DNA of 52,144 nucleotides, taken from positions 1 through 52,144 of the IMG/VR virus record IMGVR_UViG_3300027721_000021. The stretch is one strand, 5' to 3'. The notes under the pieces are model-generated. The model saw only the letters and a list, made by a program, of their open reading frames with translations, did no database searches and was not told the DNA's origin. Position 1 is the stretch's first letter. Each line of letters opens with the position of its first letter. The position numbers and the translations under genes were made by a program. Shown here one piece after another: positions 1-8,846 of the stretch. The DNA is from a virus (lineage: Duplodnaviria; Caudoviricetes).

Positions 1-2
1 CT

Positions 3-1124
3 ATCAACTTCCTCTACTTGGACGAATTCGCGTTCGTTCCAAACAACATTGCCGAAGAGTTCTTCACCTCGGTCTACCCGACCATCACCTCGGGTGAAAC
101 CGCGAAGATCCTCATTTCCTCCACCCCGAATGGCATGAACCACTACTACAAGATGTGGATCGACGCTATCGAAGGGCGCAACGGATTCAAGACCATCGAC
201 GCGAACTGGCGTTCGGTTCCCGGTCGCACGGCAGAGTGGGCAGAGCGGCAAAAGAAAGCCCTCGGTGACGAAAAGTACATGCAGGAAATGGAGTGCGAAT
301 TCCACGGATCGTCTGGAACTCTAATTTCAGGTCGCGTCCTCAAGACTTTGGCGTTTGTCAAGCCTGAAACCTTTGAGTCGATTGTCGGACTTTGCTTCTA
401 CGAGCGACCACAACCGGGACGGAAATACGTACTGGTCGCGGACACTTCGCGTGGAAAGGGGCTTGACTATTCCGCATTCGTGGTCATAGATGTAACCGAG
501 ATTCCATATAGGGTCGTCTGTACCTACAAGGACAACGATATTAGCCCTATCCTCTACCCATCCATTATCGCTAAGATGGCTAAGTGGTACAACGAAGCCT
601 ATGCTCTGGTCGAAATCAACGACAACGGGCAGCAAGTGGTGGATTCCCTGTTCGATGACTATGAGTACGAGAACATCCTCTCGACTCAGACCTCCAAGAA
701 CAAGGTCGTCCTCTCTTGGGCAATGGGCGGCACCGGATCCAACCGGGGTATCATCACCACAAAGAGCGTCAAGCGGCTCGGCTGCTCCCTCATGAAGTCC
801 CTGATTGAGTCCTACCAGTTGACCTTCCAAGACTTCCAGATCATATCGGAACTCTCGACTTTCATAAATAAGCGGAATAGCTACGAAGCGGATGAAGGGT
901 CGAACGATGACCTTGTAATGTGCCTAGTCCTGTTCTCATGGATGACCAACCAACCGTTCTTTTCGGACCTTTGCAATACCAATATCAAGGAAAAGCTCTA
1001 CCGAGAACAGATGGCACAGATTGACAACCAGATGCTCCCCTCACCCCTATACAACGACGGACAAGGCACTGCCGATTCTCGGTATGTCGAAGAAGGTAGT
1101 GTATGGGAAATAGTGAGCCACTAG
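3..1124 (+). CDS. gp17: Terminase large subunit (5'-truncated by window edge)
   Basis: Walker B LYLDEFAFV, motif III ISSTPNG, RNase H-like nuclease residues VADTSRG..DYSA and DDLVM; directly upstream of tail sheath as in T4. Confidence 0.97.
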   Translation: MNFLYLDEFAFVPNNIAEEFFTSVYPTITSGETAKILISSTPNGMNHYYKMWIDAIEGRNGFKTIDANWRSVPGRTAEWAERQKKALGDEKYMQEMECEFHGSSGTLISGRVLKTLAFVKPETFESIVGLCFYERPQPGRKYVLVADTSRGKGLDYSAFVVIDVTEIPYRVVCTYKDNDISPILYPSIIAKMAKWYNEAYALVEINDNGQQVVDSLFDDYEYENILSTQTSKNKVVLSWAMGGTGSNRGIITTKSVKRLGCSLMKSLIESYQLTFQDFQIISELSTFINKRNSYEADEGSNDDLVMCLVLFSWMTNQPFFSDLCNTNIKEKLYREQMAQIDNQMLPSPLYNDGQGTADSRYVEEGSVWEIVSH

Positions 1125-1128
1125 ATTT

Positions 1129-1136
1129 CCTAAATA
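1129..1136 (+). promoter_or_regulatory. T4-type late (gp55) promoter CCTAAATA upstream of gp18
   Basis: Matches the TAAATA core of the T4 late box TATAAATA; intergenic, 38 nt before the ATG. Confidence 0.75.
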
Positions 1137-1174
1137 ATCAGCAATTCAGAATTCCCTAACAGGAGTAGACCCAA

Positions 1175-2908
1175 ATGACATTCCAAGTATCTCCCGGCGT
1201 AAACACTTCCGAAATTGATCTAACGACAGTTATCCCTGCCGTTTCGACCTCTTCCGGTGCAGTAGCGGGTCCGTTTGAGTGGGGTCCGGTGAACTCCGTG
1301 CGCCAAGTTTCTAACGAAAACGAGCTAGTCTCGCTGTTCGGGAAGCCATCCACGAATACCGCACAGACCTTCTTCACCGCAGCAAGCTTCCTTGCCTATG
1401 CAAGTGACCTTCGCGTTATCCGCGCAGCACACGGCAGCAGCAACAACGCAATCGGCGGTATTGGTGTCTTCACACCTGTTCACTGCCCTAACGAAGAAGC
1501 GTTCGATGCGAACAACAGCCTGAACACCATCACCAACTCGGTTGCGATGGCACGTTATCCCGGCACCCTCGGCAACTCGCTAAAGGTTTCGGTATGGGCA
1601 AACACCACTGTCGCACTATCGACTTGGACCTACGGTTCGCTCTTCGACAAGAAGCCGGGAACGAGCTACTTTGTGTCTAGCTCCTTCAACAACACAAAGG
1701 CAAACGACGAAATCCACATTGTTGTCGTTGACGAAGACGGCGCAATCACTGGTGTCGCAAACACGGTACTTGAGAAGTTCGCAAATCTCTCCAAGGCAAC
1801 CAATGCCAAGAACGAGTCGGGCGAGTCGATCTACTGGCGCGATGTGATTCGTCGCAAGTCCAAGTACGTCTACATCACCGGTACTCCATACAAGTCTGAC
1901 GGCACTGCGGTCAGCAATGGAAATTGGGACGTTGCAGCAAACGCAACTCATGAGTTCGAAGAAACTCAGGGTACTAACGTTGTGGACGGTAACACGTTCT
2001 CGCTAGACGACGGTTCTTCTGTCGCCCTAGTAGACGCAAACACCATCGTAGCATATGGCGAAGTCGCAAATGCTGAAAAGGTTGACGTTCAGTTGATCAT
2101 GACAGCAGATCACAGTGCAACGGTTGTGCTTGATGTTCTCAGCAAGGTTGAGACTCGTAGAGACTGCGTAGCATTCGTTTCGCCAACACTGGCAAACGTG
2201 CAGGCTGCGGATATCACCACCGCAGTCATCAACTACCGTAACAACGCACTGAACAACGTGTCCACTTCCTACGCAGTCCTAGACTCGGGTTGGAAGTACA
2301 TGTACGACAAGTACAATGACAAGTACCGTTGGGTGCCATTGAACGGTGACATTGCCGGTCTATGCGCACGCACCGACACGGATCGTGACCCTTGGTTCTC
2401 GCCTGCCGGTCTAATCCGTGGTCAGATCAAGAACGTCATCAAGTTGGCATACAACCCAACGAAGGCTAACCGTGACGAGCTTTACAAGAATGGTGTCAAC
2501 CCTGTCGTTTCGTTCACCGGAGAAGGCACGATGCTCTTCGGAGACAAGACGCTACTCGGTCGCCCATCCGCATTTGACCGCATCAACGTTCGCCGCCTCT
2601 TCATCGTCCTTGAAAAGTCGATTGCTAAGGCAGCACGTTCCTCGCTGTTTGAGTTCAACGATGAATTCACTCGCGCACAGTTCGTCAACCTAGTTGAGCC
2701 GTTCCTCAGAACAGTTCAGGGTCGCCGTGGTATCTACGACTATCGCGTAGTCTGCGACGAAACCAACAACACTGCCGATATCATTGATCGCAATGAGTTC
2801 GTGGGTGATATCTACGTCAAGCCTGCTAAGAGCATCAACTTCATCCAGTTGAACTTCGTCGCAGTCCGGACTGGTGTTTCCTTCGAAGAAGTCGTCGGCA
2901 AGTTCTGA
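1175..2908 (+). CDS. gp18: Tail sheath protein
   Basis: N-term FQVSPGV..EIDLT; C-term PWFSPAG, FDRINVRRLF, FEFNDEFTR, KPAKSINFIQLNF. Confidence 0.98.
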   Translation: MTFQVSPGVNTSEIDLTTVIPAVSTSSGAVAGPFEWGPVNSVRQVSNENELVSLFGKPSTNTAQTFFTAASFLAYASDLRVIRAAHGSSNNAIGGIGVFTPVHCPNEEAFDANNSLNTITNSVAMARYPGTLGNSLKVSVWANTTVALSTWTYGSLFDKKPGTSYFVSSSFNNTKANDEIHIVVVDEDGAITGVANTVLEKFANLSKATNAKNESGESIYWRDVIRRKSKYVYITGTPYKSDGTAVSNGNWDVAANATHEFEETQGTNVVDGNTFSLDDGSSVALVDANTIVAYGEVANAEKVDVQLIMTADHSATVVLDVLSKVETRRDCVAFVSPTLANVQAADITTAVINYRNNALNNVSTSYAVLDSGWKYMYDKYNDKYRWVPLNGDIAGLCARTDTDRDPWFSPAGLIRGQIKNVIKLAYNPTKANRDELYKNGVNPVVSFTGEGTMLFGDKTLLGRPSAFDRINVRRLFIVLEKSIAKAARSSLFEFNDEFTRAQFVNLVEPFLRTVQGRRGIYDYRVVCDETNNTADIIDRNEFVGDIYVKPAKSINFIQLNFVAVRTGVSFEEVVGKF

Positions 2909-2914
2909 TAAATA
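2907..2914 (+). promoter_or_regulatory. Late promoter GATAAATA upstream of gp19
   Basis: TAAATA core overlapping the gp18 stop; followed by GCAATAC as in the gp22 promoter. Confidence 0.75.
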
Positions 2915-2942
2915 GCAATACAGGCTCACAGGAGTATAACAG

Positions 2943-3527
2943 ATGTTCAACGTAGATAGTTTCAGAACAGCCATGCAGTTTGACGGCGCACGCCCTAATC
3001 TGTTTGAGGTTGTGTTGCAGTTTCCTGCATTCGTGCAGCTAGCAGGACAGGCTACCTCGCTTTCACGATTCTTCGTGAAGACGGCGCAGCTTCCCGGCAG
3101 CACGATTGGCGCGGTCACTGTTCCATACTTCGGCAGAGAAGTCAAGGTCGCAGGCAACCGTACATTCGCAGACTGGACAGTAACAGTCCTTAACGACGAA
3201 GACTTCACGATTCGCAACGCATTCGAACGTTGGCACCGTGGTATCAATGGCAACCAGACCAACCTCCGCGAGCCGGGTGCAGTCAGCACTTCGCCTCTCG
3301 CACCGGGAACGTCTTACGCTGTCGATGCCGAAGTGTATCAGTATTCGAAGGCAGGCGGATCGCCAATCAAGAAGTACCGTTTCGTCGGTATGTTCCCTAA
3401 CGACCTCGCACCAATCGACCTAGATTGGGGTAGCAACGATACGGTCGAAGAGTTCTCAGTAACTCTATCGTACCAGTATTGGCTATCCGAAGATACGAAG
3501 TCTGCTGTTCCGCAGGCATCGGCGTAA
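2943..3527 (+). CDS. gp19: Tail tube protein
   Basis: GARPNLFEV, AGNRTFADWTVTV.NDEDF, IDLDW....VEEFSVT; follows the sheath gene. Confidence 0.97.
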   Translation: MFNVDSFRTAMQFDGARPNLFEVVLQFPAFVQLAGQATSLSRFFVKTAQLPGSTIGAVTVPYFGREVKVAGNRTFADWTVTVLNDEDFTIRNAFERWHRGINGNQTNLREPGAVSTSPLAPGTSYAVDAEVYQYSKAGGSPIKKYRFVGMFPNDLAPIDLDWGSNDTVEEFSVTLSYQYWLSEDTKSAVPQASA

Positions 3528-3535
3528 CTTGAAAT

Positions 3536-3572
3536 GGGGGCGTTGATCCCAAGGTCAACGCTCCCTTCCTTT
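3536..3572 (+). terminator. Stem-loop after gp19 (probable terminator/attenuator before portal)
   Basis: GGGGGCGTTGATC-CCAA-GGTCAACGCTCCC 13-bp stem with G-U pairs, followed by TTCCTTT. Confidence 0.7.
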
Positions 3573-3591
3573 GATATGGAGTTCAGAACTA

Positions 3592-5202
3592 ATGGCTATT
3601 AACCTATTCGGTTGGCAGATCACTCGGGCAACGGAAAACGACACCGTTGAATCCCAAGCACCCGCAATTGCCGCACCGCAGACCGACGATGGCGCATACG
3701 TCATCAATGCCGGTGCGCTCGGTGGTTATTACGGCACTTACCTCAATCTAGAATCCGCATTCAAGAACGAGAACGAGCTAATCTCTCGTTATCGCACAAT
3801 GGCTATGCAGCCCGAAGTGGAAAGCGCAATTGATGAAATCGTCAATGAAGCAATCGTCCACGATGAAAAGGGTATGTCTGTCGAAATCATGACAGACGAA
3901 TTGCAGCAACCAGAAAACATCAAGGAAATGCTGCGCCAAGAGTTCAAGGCACTCTTGCGTATGCTAGACTTCGACAACAATGGTGCGGATATCTTCCGCC
4001 GTTGGTACGTTGACGGTCGCCTGTTCTATCAGGTTCAGATTGATGAGAGTCAGCCGAAGAACGGTATCATCGGTCTAGTATACCTAGACCCACGCAAGAT
4101 CCGTAAGATTCGTACCATCATCAAGCAGAAGGATCCGCGCACTGGCGTAGAGTTTGTGTCTGGCTATGCCGACTTCTACGTGTACAATGACAAGAGCATG
4201 ACGAGTGGCAACATGGTCATGTCCTCGCCTGTCGATGCTTCCATGAAGATCGCAGAAGACGCAGTTGTGAACATCAACTCAGGTCTGATGGATGTGAGCC
4301 GTAACATGGTTCTGTCCTATCTTCACAAGGCTATCAAGCCACTAAATCAACTTAGAATGATCGAAGACGCGGTGGTTATCTACCGTCTGTCTCGCGCACC
4401 AGAACGCCGTGTATTCTACATCGACGTTGGCAACCTTCCTAAGATGAAGGCTGACCAGTACATGAACGATATCATGACGAAGTTCCGCAACAAGATCGTC
4501 TATGATGCCGCAACCGGCGAAGTCAAGGACGACCGTAAGTTCACATCCATGATCGAAGACTTCTGGATTCCGCGCCGTGGTGAAGGTAAGTCTACTGAAA
4601 TTACCACACTTCCTGCGGGTCAGTCGCTCGGACAGTTGGATGACGTAAAGTATTTCCAAGAGGTACTCTACAAGTCGCTCAACGTTCCGGTGTCTCGTTT
4701 GATTCCGCAGCAGGGTTTCTCGCTCGGTCGCTCCAACGAAATCACTCGCGAAGAGTTGAAGTTCCACAAGTTTGTCGAACGTCTGCGTGCCAAGTTCTCG
4801 ACGTTGTTCGATGAACTCATGAAGCGTCAGCTAGCTCTAAAGGGCATTGCGACCTACGAAGAGTGGGACCAGATCAAGGAATTCGTCTACTATGACTACC
4901 TAGAAGACAACAACTTCTCGGAACTCAAGGACGCAGAACTCCTCAACAACCGCATCATGACGCTCAATGCCGTCACCCCATACGTCGGTCTGTACTACTC
5001 TATGGCATGGGTCAAGAAGAACGTACTGCATCTGACCGAGGAAGAGATTGAGGAAATCAATGCCGAGATTGAGGAAGAGCAGGAAATGCAGATGGCGATT
5101 GCTGCTGCCGAAGCTGCAAAACAACAGGTAATGACCTCTACTCAGCTTCCAACTAATCTAAATACATCAGGGCTTCCACCACCTTCCGGAGCAGGACAAT
5201 AA
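3592..5202 (+). CDS. gp20: Portal vertex protein
   Basis: LFG N-terminus, FRRWYVDGR, YLHKAIKPLNQLRMIEDAVVIYRLSRAPERRVFYIDVGNLPK, EDFWIPRR; ATG at 3592 follows a GGAG RBS. Confidence 0.98.
   Translation: MAINLFGWQITRATENDTVESQAPAIAAPQTDDGAYVINAGALGGYYGTYLNLESAFKNENELISRYRTMAMQPEVESAIDEIVNEAIVHDEKGMSVEIMTDELQQPENIKEMLRQEFKALLRMLDFDNNGADIFRRWYVDGRLFYQVQIDESQPKNGIIGLVYLDPRKIRKIRTIIKQKDPRTGVEFVSGYADFYVYNDKSMTSGNMVMSSPVDASMKIAEDAVVNINSGLMDVSRNMVLSYLHKAIKPLNQLRMIEDAVVIYRLSRAPERRVFYIDVGNLPKMKADQYMNDIMTKFRNKIVYDAATGEVKDDRKFTSMIEDFWIPRRGEGKSTEITTLPAGQSLGQLDDVKYFQEVLYKSLNVPVSRLIPQQGFSLGRSNEITREELKFHKFVERLRAKFSTLFDELMKRQLALKGIATYEEWDQIKEFVYYDYLEDNNFSELKDAELLNNRIMTLNAVTPYVGLYYSMAWVKKNVLHLTEEEIEEINAEIEEEQEMQMAIAAAEAAKQQVMTSTQLPTNLNTSGLPPPSGAGQ
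5157..5164 (+). promoter_or_regulatory. Late promoter TCTAAATA upstream of the gp67-like gene
   Basis: TAAATA core in the 3' end of gp20. Confidence 0.65.
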
Positions 5203-6332
5203 TGACAACCGCAAACCATCTAATCAATGCCCTCGCAGGCGAAGACAAGGATCAGGCAAAGATTGCCTTTGAATCCATGATTCAGGATCGTATTGCTGAC
5301 CATCTGGAAGTCCGCAAGGTTGAACTCGCTTCGACCATCATGGACGATCTACAGGAAGGCTATCACGACAACGTGCCAGAACTTGCCGGAAAGAAGGTTG
5401 CGCACGATGTTGAGTATACCAAGAAGGGAAAGACTCACACTGGCGTAGTCCATGCGGCGCGTTCGGATGGACACCGCAAGGCGCATGGCGTTGCTGCGGT
5501 AAAGTTCGGCATCAAGACCTCCGATATCACCAGCATGAGCCTCAAGGAAGGGCAGGGCATGGACGCGCAGCGTCGGTGGACTCGCCACGTTTCGGCTATC
5601 GGCAAGGGTTACGAGGGTGGACTAGGACATAAGGTTTCCGTTCACCGTCAGGAACTCAAGGGTGCCGCACGCAAGTATTTTCAGAAGATGGGTGGTGTCG
5701 AAGGTGGAGTAGGAGCAGAGTACGTTGACCGTGGTGCGAAGTTCGTCAAGGACGCTCGCGCCGCAAAACCAAATCGCGCACCATGGAAGGGTCCACGTAA
5801 GCTACAGGGCGAAGAAGCCATCGTAGAAGGTGGTCCTACCCGCAAGCACTTTCAGCAAGTCGCAGACCTGTTGAAGAACATTCCAGACGAGACTAAGCGC
5901 AAGGAACTCGCACAGCATCACGCAGGCTTGTTCAAGGCTCAGAACCCACGTTTTGACCACAAGCGTTTCTTTGCCGCAGCCGGTGTCAACGAAGACACGC
6001 AGCTAGACGAAGTTCTTTCCGGTGGCTCCAAGCCTGCCGTTGCTTCTAATCAGCAGCTAGGCAGAAACGTCATGGCAAACATCCGCAAGGCTACTCAGTC
6101 GCTCGGATTGAAGGTGAATGCTAATCTTGCTGCGCAGGGTCACAAGGACTTCGCAAAGCTCGTAGCAAAGAATCCAAAGGCTCCCGGCTATGCACTTCTC
6201 CGTAAGCTCGCTCCTGCAAAGGCGCAGGCTGTACAGAGTTTGAGTCAAGCAGGCGTGCCACTCGGCAGCGCACTCGACGCTCACCCATCTGAGTTCAATC
6301 AGGTCGTTCAGAAGATTAAGCGGTTCAAGTAA
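5202..6332 (+). CDS. gp67: Prohead core protein gp67-like N-terminus (about 52 aa) fused to a long basic multi-module extension
   Basis: Position right after the portal; N-term AKIAFESMIQDRIADHLEVRKVELASTI matches the gp67 pattern; the rest is Lys/Arg/His-rich and punctuated by L/I/V-x-E sites. Confidence 0.7.
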   Translation: MTTANHLINALAGEDKDQAKIAFESMIQDRIADHLEVRKVELASTIMDDLQEGYHDNVPELAGKKVAHDVEYTKKGKTHTGVVHAARSDGHRKAHGVAAVKFGIKTSDITSMSLKEGQGMDAQRRWTRHVSAIGKGYEGGLGHKVSVHRQELKGAARKYFQKMGGVEGGVGAEYVDRGAKFVKDARAAKPNRAPWKGPRKLQGEEAIVEGGPTRKHFQQVADLLKNIPDETKRKELAQHHAGLFKAQNPRFDHKRFFAAAGVNEDTQLDEVLSGGSKPAVASNQQLGRNVMANIRKATQSLGLKVNANLAAQGHKDFAKLVAKNPKAPGYALLRKLAPAKAQAVQSLSQAGVPLGSALDAHPSEFNQVVQKIKRFK

Positions 6333-6333
6333 C

Positions 6334-6561
6334 ATGAAATTCAAGGATCTACGCTCTAAGTTGAATGAGGATAAGGCACTCAGGAATGAAGTGATTCCTG
6401 CGCCTATGCTCGTTCTGCGTAGAAAGGGTATCCGTATCTTCCCTGATGGAAAGCATGTTGCACTTTACACAAATGATAAATATAACCTAGTCTTCACGAT
6501 TCCCTACGGTGGAAGCGCAGATGAAGAGCCAGTTGTAACGGGGACACCTGACAATGGATAA
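6334..6561 (+). CDS. Small head-cluster protein with capsid-targeting-like N-terminus
   Basis: Starts MKFKDLRSKLNE (compare T4 CTS MKTYQEFIAE); body LVLRRKGIRIFPDG..VALY resembles ORFs at this position in T4-like phages. Confidence 0.65.
   Translation: MKFKDLRSKLNEDKALRNEVIPAPMLVLRRKGIRIFPDGKHVALYTNDKYNLVFTIPYGGSADEEPVVTGTPDNG
6475..6482 (+). promoter_or_regulatory. Late promoter GATAAATA upstream of gp68
   Basis: TAAATA core about 70 nt upstream of the gp68 start. Confidence 0.55.
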
Positions 6562-6880
6562 CCTATTAGAACTGTTGAACCAAATCACGGAAGCCAAGCT
6601 AGAAGCCCTGAAAGCGGCAGTAGCATTGGAACTGAGCGAAGGTAACTTCAAGATCGTCAGGGCGCGTGTGCGCGGCGGCAAGATTCAGAGAAAGAAGAAA
6701 GTCTCGACTCGCCCCGGCTACACGATTCGTGGCGGTAAGCTTGTGCGCATGTCCACCAAAGAACGCCAGAAGCGTAAGATGGGTGCACGCAAGGGCAAGG
6801 TCAAGCGTAAGGCAAAAGCGGCACGTTCGCTGATCAAGCGCAAGCGTTCGATGAGAAAGAGACAATCCCTAGGGGTATAA
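6554..6880 (+). CDS. gp68: Prohead core protein
   Basis: Acidic N-term with ITE/LSE sites, then a very basic C-term (RKKKVSTRPGY...KRKRSMRKR); directly before gp21. Confidence 0.8.
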   Translation: MDNLLELLNQITEAKLEALKAAVALELSEGNFKIVRARVRGGKIQRKKKVSTRPGYTIRGGKLVRMSTKERQKRKMGARKGKVKRKAKAARSLIKRKRSMRKRQSLGV

Positions 6881-6885
6881 CGAGA

Positions 6886-7530
6886 ATGAAACTCATAGTA
6901 GAAACAATTCAGGACGTACAGGTACTGACCGAAGACAAGAACGGTGTCAAGAGCCTTTTCATCACTGGTCCGTTCCTCGTAGGCGAGCAGAAGAACCGTA
7001 ACGGTCGCGTCTACTCTCGCTCCATCCTAGAGCGCGAAGTCAAGCGTTACAACGAAGAGTATATCTCTAAGAACAGAGCATTCGGTGAGTTGGGTCATCC
7101 TGACTCTCCATCAATCAATCTGGACCGTGTTTCACACCTGATCGTCAATATGCGACAGGAAGGTGCACAGTTCATTGGCAAGGCTAAGATCCTTGAGACT
7201 CCTATGGGCAAGATTGCCAAGAGTCTTCTGGAAGGCGGCGCGAGCCTAGGCGTGTCCTCACGCGGCATGGGTTCCCTCAAGGAAGTCAATGGCGTGAACA
7301 TGGTTCAAGATGACTATTATCTTGCTACAGCAGCAGATATCGTGGCTGACCCATCGGCTCCCGGTGCCTTTGTCCAAGGCATTATGGAGGGTAAGGAATG
7401 GGTGTGGGACAACGGAATCGTCCGTGAGGTCGATGTTGTCCAGATGTATGATGAGATCCGCAACGCAAAGTCCCGACAGATCGAAGATATCTCTTTGAGA
7501 ATCTTTGAGAATTTCTTGTCAAAACTTTGA
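6886..7530 (+). CDS. gp21: Prohead protease
   Basis: MKLIVE start, NRNGRVY, GELGHP, LGVSSRGMGS, DIVADPSAPGAFV. Confidence 0.98.
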   Translation: MKLIVETIQDVQVLTEDKNGVKSLFITGPFLVGEQKNRNGRVYSRSILEREVKRYNEEYISKNRAFGELGHPDSPSINLDRVSHLIVNMRQEGAQFIGKAKILETPMGKIAKSLLEGGASLGVSSRGMGSLKEVNGVNMVQDDYYLATAADIVADPSAPGAFVQGIMEGKEWVWDNGIVREVDVVQMYDEIRNAKSRQIEDISLRIFENFLSKL

Positions 7531-7534
7531 GTTT

Positions 7535-7542
7535 ACTAAATA
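7535..7542 (+). promoter_or_regulatory. Late promoter ACTAAATA upstream of gp22
   Basis: Intergenic TAAATA followed by GCAATAC and an AGGAG RBS. Confidence 0.8.
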
Positions 7543-7567
7543 GCAATACCCTAACAGGAGTTAGAAC

Positions 7568-8806
7568 ATGAGCAAGTCCCTATCTGAATCTGCTGCCGAA
7601 ATCCTAGCAACGTCCCTTGGCTCTGCCAAGAAAGACCCTATGGTTGCCGGTCCCGGCGCAGGAGCCGAAGACCTAGGTGGTCAAACACCTACCACTGAGC
7701 CAGAAACTCAGGGTCCAAAGGTTTCCGCAAAGGCAAAAGAAGCCGTCACTCCGAAGGAAGGACAGCCCCTATCTGCTAAGGCAGTTAAGGAAGAAGAGTC
7801 TTCTGAGGAAGACCTCCCTGAACTGACCGAAGAAGAAATCGACGCATACCTCGACTCGCTATCCGAAGAAGAGCTAGCAGAACTTGCTGCCCTTTCGGAA
7901 GGCGAAGAATCGTCCGAAGAAGTCGTTGCCGAAGAAAAGAAGTGCAGCGATGAAGAAGACGAAGATGAAGACGAGGATGAAGACGAAGACAAGGAAGACA
8001 AGAAGGAAGTGAAGGAAGAGGCTGAACTGACGGCAGAAGAAGTCGCAGCAGCACGTACCGAAGCTCTCAAGGCTCTAGTCTCCGAGAACATGGGTTCTTG
8101 CGCACAGGATATCGACGCACTATTCAGTGGCGAGAACCTTTCCGAAGAATTCAAGACCAAGGCTACGACCATTTTCGAAGCTGCTGTGCGCTCCCGCGTA
8201 GAAGCAATTGTCGAGAAGGTTTCGGCTGAGAACGAAGCAATCATGGAATCCACTGTCGGTGAGCTAGAAGCTCAGATGACCTCACAGGTAGATGAGTATC
8301 TCAACTACGTGGTCGAGCAGTGGATGGAAGACAACAAACTAGCCGTTGAAACCGGTCTGCGTACTGAAATCGCAGAAGACTTCATGGCAGGACTCAAGAA
8401 CCTGTTCACGGAACACTACATCGAAGTTCCAGAAGACAAGGCAAATCTTGTTGAAGAGCTAGCAGCACAGGTTGCAGCCGCACAGGAAGCTTTGACTGAA
8501 CAGGTCAAGAAGTCCGAAGAATTGACCAAGGCTCTTAACGAGTCTAAGTCTCAGGAAATCCTACGCGCAACATGCGCAGGACTTTCTGAAGTACAGGTCG
8601 CAAAGATCAAGTCGCTCGCAGAGGGCGTTGAGTTCACCACAGAGGGTGAGTATTCGCAAAAGCTCGCAGTGATTCGCGAGAATTACTTCCCATCGGGTAA
8701 GAAGGTAAGTGAAGCACCTAGCACTCTCGTAGAGACTGCTGCCCAAGAAGTAAGCCCTGTAATGGATCGCTATGTATCAGCAATCAGCAAGCAGCTTCCA
8801 AAATAA
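7568..8806 (+). CDS. gp22: Prohead core scaffold protein
   Basis: Acidic; LSEEFKTKATTIFEAAV, YLNYVVEQWMEDN.LAVE.GLR.EIAE.F..GLK.LF.EHYI; between gp21 and gp23. Confidence 0.96.
   Translation: MSKSLSESAAEILATSLGSAKKDPMVAGPGAGAEDLGGQTPTTEPETQGPKVSAKAKEAVTPKEGQPLSAKAVKEEESSEEDLPELTEEEIDAYLDSLSEEELAELAALSEGEESSEEVVAEEKKCSDEEDEDEDEDEDEDKEDKKEVKEEAELTAEEVAAARTEALKALVSENMGSCAQDIDALFSGENLSEEFKTKATTIFEAAVRSRVEAIVEKVSAENEAIMESTVGELEAQMTSQVDEYLNYVVEQWMEDNKLAVETGLRTEIAEDFMAGLKNLFTEHYIEVPEDKANLVEELAAQVAAAQEALTEQVKKSEELTKALNESKSQEILRATCAGLSEVQVAKIKSLAEGVEFTTEGEYSQKLAVIRENYFPSGKKVSEAPSTLVETAAQEVSPVMDRYVSAISKQLPK
7949..7990 (+). repeat. Low-complexity (GAR-GAY)n repeat encoding poly-ED in the scaffold
   Basis: gatgaagaagacgaagatgaagacgaggatgaagacgaagac. 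Confidence 0.7.
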
Positions 8807-8813
8807 GCGATTT

Positions 8814-8821
8814 GCTAAATA
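8814..8821 (+). promoter_or_regulatory. Late promoter GCTAAATA upstream of gp23
   Basis: Intergenic TAAATA 25 nt before the major capsid ATG. Confidence 0.8.
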
Positions 8822-8846
8822 ACAACACCTCTAACGGAGAAATCAA

